DNA from: Chromera velia
Lineage: Eukaryota
Direction: 5' to 3'
Assembly (NCBI GenBank): GCA_018398765.1
Contig: JAHBMJ010000086.1
Coordinates: forward strand, 1 to 57,213
DNA: 57,213 bases
Below, one piece after another: positions 26,101-36,766 of the stretch (positions within the stretch are counted from its first letter, which is position 1; each line of letters starts with the position of its first letter). Under the pieces are notes generated by a model, which saw only the letters and a list, made by a program, of their open reading frames with translations, had not been told where the DNA came from and did no database searches. A program made the translations under genes and the position numbers.

Positions 26101-28732
26101 AATCGCAACAGCAGCAGCCCTATGCCATTCCTCCTTCTTCTGAAGAGTCCTCCCAGAATGATTTCCTTCCCGGCCCCCCTGTCCAAGGAGATGCATCCAA
26201 TGAGGGGGTGCATGGTCACGCCTCTAGTGGGGGGGTGCAGCAAGCCGATGGACAGGCAGCAGTCCCAGAGCAGCATGGGGCTGATGTGCTACCAGCTTCA
26301 CAGGAATGCTACACAGGCATCCTTGTGCAGGGAAGGAACAACCAGCTCGTCCCCATGGCCATGACTGGAAAGGCATTCAAACGGACCATCCCCGTCTCCT
26401 CACTGTCAAAGCAGCCAGATGGCACCTGAAATTTTTCTGGCATCTCCTCGAATGTGCGCAAAGCAGATGTGCTGCGTTATTTCGAGTCTCAGATTGTAGA
26501 GGGTCACATTCCTTCTGCAATCGAAGCACAGATCTCACCCCCTCTCCCATTGCAGGCGGGGGGGTGTCTGAACAATCAAGCACCTGCTTAGGGAGAGGGA
26601 AATGGAGATAGAGAGGGAAGGAACGAGTCACCTGATGGGAGAAACCACGAACCGAAACACAGTGATGATGAGGATTTTCTCTTCGGAGAGAACTTCTTCG
26701 CACTCGATGCCCTGACAGGAGGGCAGTTAGGTGGAAACAACAAACACGCACAGGGTGGGGGGCCTCCAGGGTCAGACTTTGAAGATGAGCCTCCTGCAGA
26801 CAACGTCTTCTTTCTTGCTCCTCCCCACGACTGCTTCTACCTAGGACCGGACCCCGAGCATCCTCTCACAGTCCTTAACGACTTCAAGCAGGGATCCACG
26901 CAAACCCCTGCGCTTCCGGAAGAGGTCGAGAGGGGAGACTTCGATGAGGCATGCAGAGAGGAGTGGCTGAAAAACATTGTAGGTAAGGGGGTAACCCACA
27001 CCGTTCTGGGTAGGGTGGTCGACAGAAAGGAAGTGGACTCTGTTATGTGCATGGGTTGGAGACTCACTTGGAAAGAGAAAGAAACCAAGCAGGCAGAGAA
27101 AAAAAAGGAAGAGAACAAGCAGGAGGAAGAGAAGGCAGGAATTGATCAGCAGTCGAGACAACAGGCAGACGGTTCTCAGGGAGACAGAGAGGCGCAGCAG
27201 CCTCGCAAGTACAAGGGCAGGAAAGGAAGGATGAAAGAGAATGAACCGAGACAGGCAAGGCTAGAGAACAGAAAGCCAAAAGCAAGATGCTTTAGAAAGG
27301 GCTTCACAGACAAAAGAGCGGTTGACACTTATGTAGGAACACCTTCTGTCTGGGCAATTCTTATGTTCTGCATTTTCTCTTTAACTTTCTGTCTCTCCCG
27401 TTTTGTGGGGGACATCTCTGGAGCGTTCCTCACTACCCCTGACAAGAATGAGAAGAGAGCCGCAGTCATTATTCCCGATTGGCTGCCGTACATTCCAGCC
27501 AAGAACCCATACAAAGGCATGAACAACAGGGACTACAAGACCCTCAGAAAAGCAGCCCTCGAAATCAAGCCAGGGGAGCTTCGATTGGTGGAAAAGGGAC
27601 TCTACGGTATGCCTGCTCAGGCAACATCTTTGATAAAAGCCTTGCAGGAGTCCAGGGTGAGGCAGGATACAAACGAGTAGAGACGGGGGTGGCAATCAAA
27701 AGAAGTGAGGCAGGTGAGCCTGCTGTGGGTGTCCAAATCAATTGGATTGATGATGTATTCGGGGCAAGGAGGGGTAGGAAAGAGACTGCAGAAGAAATTG
27801 CATTCCTTAAAAGCAGGTTTGAATAGGGACACCTCTCCGAACTTCCCTCTGATGCCAGTATCAAGTATGCCGGCATGGACTTCTCTTTCTTTAATGAGAC
27901 AGTGGAGGTATCTCAGAACTTATACAGCAGGGGGGTCAACACAGATGTCCTTTGGAGAACGATCGGAGAAAAGAGAAAGAAGGGGGAAGTAAAAGCCATA
28001 GAACTCGAACTAGCAACCGAAATGGAGAAGGAGGGGGGATTGGAGCCGCTCATGCGGAGTATCAATGGTGTGTTGCATTGGATGGTGTGCACATGACCCT
28101 CCAGACGTGTCTGGGCAGATGAGCTCAGTTGCCACTCCACCCGACCATGCAGAAGAGTTGTCAGAGCAGCAGTCAGGGTCCTAGAAATGCTGAAGGAGAA
28201 GAAATTCAAAGAGCCGATCTGTCTGCGGGCACTGAAACGAATCAAGAGAGTCATGCTAGCTGTGCTAGGTGACAGCTCTTACTCCTAAACAACCTACAGT
28301 GGAAGGTTGGGTTGGCTAATATTCTTAGTTGAAGAAGGATAGACTCTAAAGACAGCAATGCAGGAAGCCACCCCATGGCAGAACATCATAGCATAGCACA
28401 CTGAACACCACAACCACAAACATGGGAGTAGCACAGCAGCAGAAGCAACTAGCTTCGAAAGCGTCATCAAGCATCTTCCCCGTTTGAAGACACTCGTAAC
28501 CCACCTGTGGGGTCAGGAACCGAAAGTACAATTCTTTACTGATTGCAACCCGTTCTTTGAACAGTTGAGGACGGGCATAGCAGCAGACGGTACCTCACAG
28601 GGGATGCTTGATTTCATTATACACTGTCAGGAACTCGGGCAGACCAGAGGGTCAGTGACTTGGTGCAGGAGAGAAGTCCAGATGGCCAACGTGCTGACTA
28701 AGCCATGTTGGCCTGGGAAAGAATTTTCATGA
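23161..28732 (+). pseudogene. Copia gag-pol polyprotein with in-frame stops and at least two frameshifts
   Basis: Gag knuckle CKICGKYGHRPRVC and RGG tracts; protease MYIDSCTT (24658); integrase H-x4-H...CRLC plus QIDHW / RCNDVPEF / VEGKNR; RT KPKARCFRKGF, GDISGAFL, KGLYG, WIDD; RNase H SSTAAEA, FTDCN, QMANVLTKP. Frameshifts near 26000 and 27610. Confidence 0.9.
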
Positions 28733-28802
28733 GCAGAGAAGAACAAATGACAGAACAAGGATAACAGAAGAAAGACATAGATCTTTGCAAGATGGGGGGG
28801 TG

Positions 28803-29109
28803 AGCAGAACGTGCAAGCGGGCCGGCACCGGCCAACCGGTCCCGCCGCACAGCGCGCCTCCAGAGAGCCATGACCGAGCACGTACGCATCTTGCAGATCA
28901 ATACATGCAGAATTAATTGCATGTACGTAAATGCATGTAAACAGTAATTCGACGATACAGAATGATGGAGTCAGATAAGTTAGAGAGTTGATTGATGGTT
29001 GGAAGTGAAGTAGCCTTGCTTCACACACCTTCTGAATACGAACACCTATAAGTGTTGTGTGCGCTCATGGGCAAAGGCGCCCCTAGACAAGCAGTGTCTA
29101 GCTCTTTCT
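28803..29109 (+). repeat. 3' LTR (307 bp)
   Basis: Direct repeat of 22834-23140, followed by the TSD TGGGA. Confidence 0.95.
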
Positions 29110-29543
29110 TGGGACGTAATAGCTCGGCACGCAAGTTAACACAACATGCGGCAACAACACGTCGGCCATTTTTATAGGATAGGATAGGATAAGATAGAAT
29201 TTATGTTTCGGGCTAGGTTTCGGGTCACCCTGCGGTCTACTGCCGGGCCTCGACTTGCACCGTATAAGTTTATCTGCTAGTTTTATACACTTCTATATGA
29301 CTGACTCTAGGAGTGAGTCCAACCACTAGTCCGACTAACTATAGGTGATAGATATTAGATAATAAAGTGATAAGTGATTTAGTGGTGCCCTAGAGCACTC
29401 TCACCATTTTGTCTAATAGAGGTCGCCCCCGCAAATGGCAGGGGGATGTATCTCATCGTACCTCATCGCTGAGGCTTAGACCACACCCTGTGCCCCGCCT
29501 GGTTTCCCAGGCCACTAACAAACAACAATCTGTTTGCGCTTTG

Positions 29544-29789
29544 AACCTCCCTGAACCTAAGTACCACTTGAAAAAATATAATCAAGATGATCTCTATCTG
29601 TGGCATTGTTTTTCAAGAGACCGTCCATGCCTACGGCGTAGATGGTGAAGACACCGTCCAGATATGCGGCTTTGGCTTTCAAGACACCGTAAATGATCCG
29701 CGCCTGCGGCGCAGACTTTCAAGCTTATCCAAAAATGCAGCTTGATTCACCGCTTGAACTTTCAAATGGTAGTTAGGTTCAGGGAGGTC
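29544..29789. mobile_element. MITE-like non-autonomous TIR element (246 bp)
   Basis: ~29-bp terminal inverted repeats (ACCTCCCTGAACCTAAGTACCACTTGAAA versus the reverse complement of 29760-29788, 2 mismatches), flanked by an 8-bp direct repeat GCGCTTTG (29536-29543 and 29790-29797). Confidence 0.8.
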
Positions 29790-30166
29790 GCGCTTTGCAT
29801 ACTGTGGTCTATGGGCTGCTGAGAAGGGACTGCTCCAAAAATCGATCCAATAACACAGGATGAAAGAACACTTTGACTTTGTGGACGTCCTCTTTCTATT
29901 CTTCTCTCAGCGATTTCTTTCAACGATTTTTATAAGTTTATCTTTTGGTTTATCTACTAGTTTTATACACTTCTGTATGACTGACTATGATATTATTATA
30001 GTCAATAAGTACATACTTTCTATGTTTAAGTTGCGGTATGTTATCATTGTTATATTCAATGTTTAAACATATTCTCTTATATACGTAAACTTAACAAATA
30101 TACGTTAAAGCCCTAGGTTAAAACGGTTCACTGTTTTTTTGAATTTAGATTTGACAACGCTGTATT

Positions 30167-33100
30167 TCATAGTTCTTCACTTACTTGCGTCACATCCCCC
30201 TCAGTGAAACTCCCAGTGTCCTCCCACCCTTTTTCGCCCTGTGCCCGCACACGATTGACTGAGACTTCAGGTTCTCCGAGGTCTTCGTCTTCTTGCGGAA
30301 GTGTCATGCCTCTTTCCTTAGACTCCAGGAGAGTCTTCTGATGGTGTTTCTGCTTCTTATCTTTCTTTGAAAGGGGAGACGACTGCTGAGTATGATCAGA
30401 GAGGGGTCCCGGGACTTCGAGGAGAAGAGGACGGACAGTCACGTCTTGACGGAAACCGTCTGATATCCTTCCTGACCGATCGCCAAACGAATCCCGATTT
30501 TCGGATTCTCTTTTTTCGTTTGCATTCTTTCGATTCCTTTGGGGGGACCTCGAATGTGCCTGTGTCCCCCTCAACCCGCTTTCGACGTCAGGACTCTTTG
30601 GGGTCTGGGACGGAGACGGGGTGTGGACCTCCCCCCCACCCACCCTGCCCGGACTGGGAACTGGAGACGCGGCAGAAGAACGCACAGACAGGTGCCCATC
30701 ATGACTGCCGCGTTCATTTCTGCGTCCTTCCCCCCCGTTTTTTTTCTCTGCCTCCTTTGCTGCGGACTCGATTCCCAGCCTCGCTCTTATGTGCTGACCG
30801 TAACACCCCCAAATATGTCCGACCACCGGTACTCTCTCTGCAATCACGGTCAGGGTGGCACCTGCGAGAAGCAAAGCACCCATGAGCGTACCGATCACGA
30901 GGAAAAGAGGCCAGGGTGTAGTCTCCACCCCCCCACCCCCCATCCTAAGAGGGAAGAGAACGTAAACCGACACGAGGGACGTCACAGGTCCACACATCAC
31001 GAAGGCCGCCCACAGAGCCCCGCTGAGAATCTGCCGAGTCCGAACGCTCTCGAGGCTCTTAGAGTCCTTCAGAGGTCTGCACGAGTCCACCAGACTCTTC
31101 CCAGCTGCCCACCACACGCCGATCACAATCCACGCACACAGACCGTCCAACGTCGCTTGCCGCTCCCTCCCCTCCTCTGTAGCACCAACGAAAGAGCTCA
31201 TCATGGACACACCAGGAGTCAACGGAACCTCTGGAGAACGGGAGGCTGCCAGCAACACCGGTGCCGCGACCACGAGCAACCCGGCCGCCTTTGCAGCCTG
31301 AACAGAATTCATCCAAACCGTCCACTCCGCCTCGCAGACAGAGTTCACAAACCCAATCAGATAGAAAACCCAAAAGAAGAGAACAAGGTCAGACACACCA
31401 AGCTTCCTCCAGTTCAGAAAGCTAGCTGCACCTGTCACAGCACCAACAGCCACCGCCTGCAGATTCAGTGACACACATTTCACAGACGTTCACATCTCTT
31501 TTTTGGAGGGCAGGGTGCCGTTCCTCCAAGCTTCTGCGTCCCTCTTTCCCCCCCCCGCCCGGTACTGTTTGCCAGGCAATCCACCGAGTCGGACAAAAAG
31601 AAAAACGCATGCCTGGAACACGTGCAAAACCAGGCCAAAGCACCGGGTTGGGTGGACGAAGCAATCAGTGAAAGAAAACGTGGAGAGATGAATCGACGAA
31701 GGGAACGATTGATTGAGAACAGGAGATCCTTAAGCCAGCACCACGCGAAGCAACGCCCTAGCTCCAACGACGGACGGACGGACGGACCTGCACAAGCGGA
31801 GCCACCCAGATCGCCAGAGGACCCCTCTCCAGACCTCCCGAGAGAGAGAGACCGATCACAACACCAACAAGAATCAAAGCCGGTGAGAGCAGAAGCAGGA
31901 AGACGAGGGAGGATGCCAAGTCTCCTGCACGCAGTCATTGTTTGTGTATAATTGAGTGAGGTTGATTTGTTCTTTTGCTGCTGACACATGTCTTCACCCT
32001 CACCCACCAACCCGTCGGTTCAGGTGAGACGGCGCCATTGCTTTGAGGAAAGAGGTAAAGCGAGTAACCATACCGCCCCCCTTCCCCGCTACGAGCCCCC
32101 AAGCCATGTGTGATCGCGACCGCATGCATTCCGGGATATTTAGAGGTCATTTTTTCAAAACAGCAGTTGGAGTCGTGTAGAAGAGTCATGGTCATTGCTG
32201 TACGAAGACCATTGCCCTGTTTGTGAAGCATCTTCCGTTGGAACGTCACACAGCACAGGACAACTCGAACTGAGTGAGTTCTGTCCCGAAGCACCAAGAA
32301 CAACGATTCGGGTCCTCATCGATCATTTTCATCGATCCAGCCATGGAAGTACGGGATTTTTCTTCGGTTGAGACTGACCTTCAGACCGAAAAAGAAAGTG
32401 TTCCACGAACGTGCAGGCCCACAATGAGAAAATTCCCACCAGGCTGAGGAGTGTCCAAAGAACACCCTCGCGAGTCTTCCCTTCCCATCCAGCCGGACTC
32501 TTGCAGAGCAGGAGTAGTTTCCCTACAGGAAAGGTCACTACCGCAGCAACGAAGAGAACAGGAAAAACCCAGAGCCACTCTGGACCACCGCACAGAAGCA
32601 GTCTGGGCACTTCAGCAGCTGCCTCTTCGATGTTGGTGTTGCTGCCCGGGGTGCACTCATAGAGGCCTCTCTGAAGCATGAGGGAGGGAAATACGAACCC
32701 AAGATATCCGACTGCACAGGGCAGAAGGAGGTCGAAGAAGCCCTCGACAAGTACCCGTCTGCAACAAACGCACACATTTGTATCTGTACACTGATGTCTA
32801 TATGCACAATACCGTAAAACATTTTGCAGTTTGAGAAGATCCACCGAGCGCGAATAGTGGAGATCGAAGGCGCAATCGAGAACCCACCCGAAATTCGTGT
32901 TTTTCTTCTCCGGAGAGAGGAGAAAGGAGGCTCCCGAGACGTAAAAGAGAAAAGGAAAACCAACTTGTGCAGCAAAGGCAGCAGCAGCAGCCACACGGAG
33001 TGTCTGCTCTCTATCGAACAACACTCCGAATTTTGTGGTGGTGGTTTGTCCGTTGCTTGCCGTCTCCTCATTTGATGAACTTGCATTGAACCTCAAGAGG

Positions 33101-33246
33101 ATGCTTGCAACGTTACCGAATACGATCAAGCAAAGTGCAGAGGCCCTGAGAAAGTCGAGGTAGGATCGAGAGGAAAGACGCGAAGAAGTGACGCTACCCG
33201 CAACAGTGGGTGTTGCAAGAAGCGTCGGCAACCGTTGCGCATTCAT
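30167..33246 (-). CDS. Acyltransferase-3 (AT3)-like multi-pass membrane protein with long disordered C-tail, spliced
   Basis: N-terminal RSYLDFLRASALCLIVFGN, GFPFLFYVSG, LLLP and WLWVFPVLF resemble AT3 family motifs. Several hydrophobic segments follow in the 31483-30167 ORF. Internal exon boundaries are not fully resolved. Confidence 0.6.
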
Positions 33247-33743
33247 CTCAGCGGACCTGTTTGTCTGTCAGAAGGTGCGTGTGGCAACAATTAGTAAGGC
33301 AGACTGTCTGGAGCTGTAACCCAAAAGCCTCTAGGATAGGATAGCATGATAGCAGATTCCTTTCGGACAATGCTTCGCAGAGCTAGATTCTGTCGGGAAA
33401 AAAATGAAAGCAGTTACTACTCTTCTATATAGCTGCATGCAGTCGCGAACAGAAATCCGATTTTTCACCGTTTCGCGCTGCATGCATATGCACGCAGTTA
33501 ATCGGATCCATGTTGCGTGCGTCAGATATCATATGCAGTGCAGCTATAGGCGATCTTCAAGCTATAGGCCTGCAGGCCGGGACTCCCGTTAAAATGGACT
33601 GATTCCCCTCAACCATGCATGCACGCCATGCACGCTGCTAGACTTCGAAAGAGGTGAAGAGACGGACTAGGGTCCCATCCTGTGTGACACCTTGGTCTTC
33701 GTTCCTCACGCACCGCTGAATTCGCTCAACTCGAGAACTACGC

Positions 33744-35307
33744 ATGTTATCAATGACAACCTGTGTCTCCTCTGTTCTTTTTCTCTTGTCGCTCTTCCAT
33801 GGAGTGATTGCCTTCCGGAACGGACTACTGCCGTCCAACGGCCTCTTGCGGCGGCGTACCAGTGCACTGGTCGAGAGGGCAGAAAGGGTGAGGCTACTTC
33901 CGGACCTTGCTTGTGCCTCATCTTCTCCGGCCGTCTCTGCTTGTCACATGTTCCCGTCTCGCTCATGTTTTGCTCGTGCAGCGTATGTCTGTGCGTGTCT
34001 CTGTGGTTGTGTAAGCCCATCTACTCTTTTGTGCAGTGTTCAGTCCTCAGAGCACTTCGGCAACAAGAACAGGAGTCAGAGAGAGCCGAGTTAGAAGAGC
34101 CTCTGTCGGCGGAGACGGGCAGACGTGGGATGGATCTCGAAGGAGGCGAAGAACAAGGTGAGGAGGAACAGTTTGGTCCTTTTGAGCTTGAGGATCTGAA
34201 GACATTTGCCACTTACTTTTGTGGCAGTCTGTTGATCCGCACGTTCCTTCTGGAACCCCGCTCGATCCCCTCTCTGTCGATGTTCCCAACACTGGACATT
34301 GGGGACGACGTTATGGTCGAGAAGGTGGTCAAGTACGAGGCGGGCAAGACGCTGCCGAATCGGAGGGATGTTTTGGTGTTCTTCCCGCCTGAGCAGGCGC
34401 TTGAGGGGTGAGTGTCCAGACGGGGGAGGGAGGGGGAGACAGGGAGGTGCGCTGGATGAGAGGATGGACGGAGAGAGAAAGAGATCCAGGATTGGCAGCG
34501 GCAGGGATGGAGAGTCTGTCTGAGGAAAGAGGGGGGAACTTGGCTATATCCGGTTGTGTCGATTGGTCTTCTCTCTCTCTCTTTCTCTTATCTCTCTCTC
34601 TGTCTTTTCTCTCGACTCTCTCTCTGTCTTTTCTCTCGACTCTCTCTCTTTGGTATTTCTCTCTCTTTCAGTCCCTGTCTTTTCTGCCTTCCTTCCGCCC
34701 GTATGTCGCTTCGCTGCTGATGTGTTTCTCTCTCTGACGATCTGGCCCTAACAGTTTCTGTCGTTGATCATTGTGTGCAAGTGTTTGGCCTCGACTTAAC
34801 GCACTGTCTGTGAGCGTCTGGGGGGCAAGTGTTGGCATTTTTCAAGATACAGTTGTGCATGAACAATTATTTTCATCAGATTCTTTTTGCAAAGAAATGT
34901 TTTTTCTTTTGTCTGTTCCATACCGCCCCCCCTCCTCTTCACAGAACGCAGATGGGAATCGACAAGTGGTCGCGCTTTCAGGTGTCTGGGAGGGCTGCGG
35001 GAAGCTTGATGCAGGCGTTGTCGGTTTCTGACGACAAACTAGGGTCGTCAAGTCGGTCTCTTTCCTCCCTACTCGCAGACAGAGGAAAGGGGACTAGTGC
35101 GAAGACTGTGCCTCTGTCGGAGAATTTTTTTGCGGGTACGTGACAGGGCCTGGCTGGTTGCATTTGCAGGTGCTCGGTGGTTTCGGAGAGAAGAAGTTAT
35201 CAATGAATGTTTGAATACGTGACTACGAGGTTGCGGTCCTCTGCAGAGCTTCACTTCTTTGCATGTTTGTCGGTCTGTCTGTTTGTCTGTCTGTCTCTTC
35301 GTGGGTA

Positions 35308-35349
<42 letters not shown>

Positions 35350-35490
35350 CGTCTGTCCGTCCGTCCCCGTGTGTTTATGTGTGTGTGCATCTGTGTCTGT
35401 GTTTGTGTATGTGTGTGTCTGTGTGTGTGTATGTGCCAAGAGGAAAAGGAAAAGAAAAGACGATATAGTCTGTCTGTCTGTCTGTCTGCC

Positions 35491-35530
<40 letters not shown>

Positions 35531-35885
35531 CATCTGTCTGTGTTCATGAAGAAAAGAAGGGAGAAGAAGAAACATATAGTCTGTCTGTCTGCCTGAAAAA
35601 AAGAAGTCATCTAGTCTGTCTGTGTGTCCGTGCATGCATGTGCATTTGTGTCTGTGTGTGTCAGCGTACATGTGCTGCGGATAAAGTTTTGTGTACACGT
35701 GCCTCCCTACTCATCTTGTCTCGCCCTCGTTTCTTGATGCATTCACTGGCTGATTCGTTTTTTTTCAGTTTCGTTTTTCAGACTCCGCCTGTGATCCAGT
35801 GATGTGGAAGAGGAATAGGTAAGCAGACGACAATGCTGAACGCCCGCCTGCCTGTCTGTCTGTGTGTGTGTGTGTGTGTGTGCGT

Positions 35886-35927
<42 letters not shown>

Positions 35928-36475
35928 ATGTGCGTGTTCAGACGTTGAGATTCCGCCTGTGGGGGGATGGGGGAAGGACGACGGGCCTCTGGACGGTTTG
36001 GGGAGACGAAAGGAGATCTTCACAGGGGAACAGCTGGACAGAGTGTACATCAAGAGGTGCGTTGCTGTGGAGGGAGATGAAGTCAAGATGGACAACGGCG
36101 TTTTGTTCGTCAACGGCCGACCTCAGGAGGAGGGATACAAGAACGAACCGGCCAGGTGGGTGGACAGACAGACATATAGATCGGTAGGTTCGAAGTCAGT
36201 ACAAAGATGAAAGAGAAAAACCCACATGGAACACAGAGAGAGAGAGATGGGGGGAGGGAGGGAGGGACGGAGGGAGGCAAAGAGTCACAGAATGTTACGC
36301 ACTCTACGAGGATGGACAGTCTCAGAGAGAGGGACAGAAGCAAAAGTGAGCCAGCCAAGAGGGTCAGCTGGGTAGAGGGGGGGAGAGGGAAGGGGCGCGA
36401 CCCGGGGAGCCCCAGAGATTGATAAGAAAAGAGTTGTCAGGCAAGCTTGTGGTTGAGCGAGTGTGTGTGTGCGTA

Positions 36476-36510
<35 letters not shown>

Positions 36511-36766
36511 AAGAGAGGGAGAGAGTACGTGTGCTGTGAGTGGCGAAGGAGGTTGAGTGTTCAGGTCGATTTTTCTGAATCTTTTTTGCAGGTACAGCTT
36601 TGGTCCTCTCACTGTACCGAAAGGGCATGTGCTGATGCTGGGTGACAACCGCAACGCCTCGTATGACAGCCACATTTGGGGGTTCCTGCCGTTGCAGAAC
36701 ATTCTCGGCCACGCGGTCTTTAAGTACTTTCCAATCCAACATATCGGACCAATTCCAACAAGTTGA
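33744..36766 (+). CDS. Signal peptidase I (S26), thylakoid-processing-peptidase-like, with predicted bipartite plastid presequence, 5 exons
   Basis: Exons 33744-33887, 34037-34407, 34945-35135, 35942-36155 and 36592-36766 join in frame. Boxes: [14 protein letters not shown] (catalytic Ser), [18 protein letters not shown] (catalytic Lys), [14 protein letters not shown]. The N-terminus is a hydrophobic signal ending VIA-F followed by an Arg/Ser-rich segment. Confidence 0.92.

Larger units (their letters stand above)
22834..29109 (+). mobile_element. Ty1/copia LTR retrotransposon, full length, degenerate
   Basis: Two 307-bp LTRs and a 5-bp TSD TGGGA (22829-22833 and 29110-29114). Domain order is gag-PR-IN-RT-RH. 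A purine tract AAGATGGGGGGG ends at 28800, just before the 3' LTR. Confidence 0.95.

Noticed and set aside
115..28732. Reassignment of TAA/TAG to Gln (ciliate-type genetic code) as the explanation for in-frame stops in both retroelements
   Set aside because: Long host exons of over 300 codons contain no TAA/TAG, the elements also carry TGA at conserved Arg sites and frameshifts, and the predicted last rhodopsin exon ends in TAA. Mutation explains the pattern better.
22766..29028. Two near-identical MCEARLLHF ORFs (22766-23059 and 28627-29028, minus strand) as duplicated genes
   Set aside because: They are antisense translations of the two LTRs.
30539..31471. 310-aa plus-strand ORF
   Set aside because: Antisense shadow of the last exon of the AT3-like gene, with no recognisable motifs.
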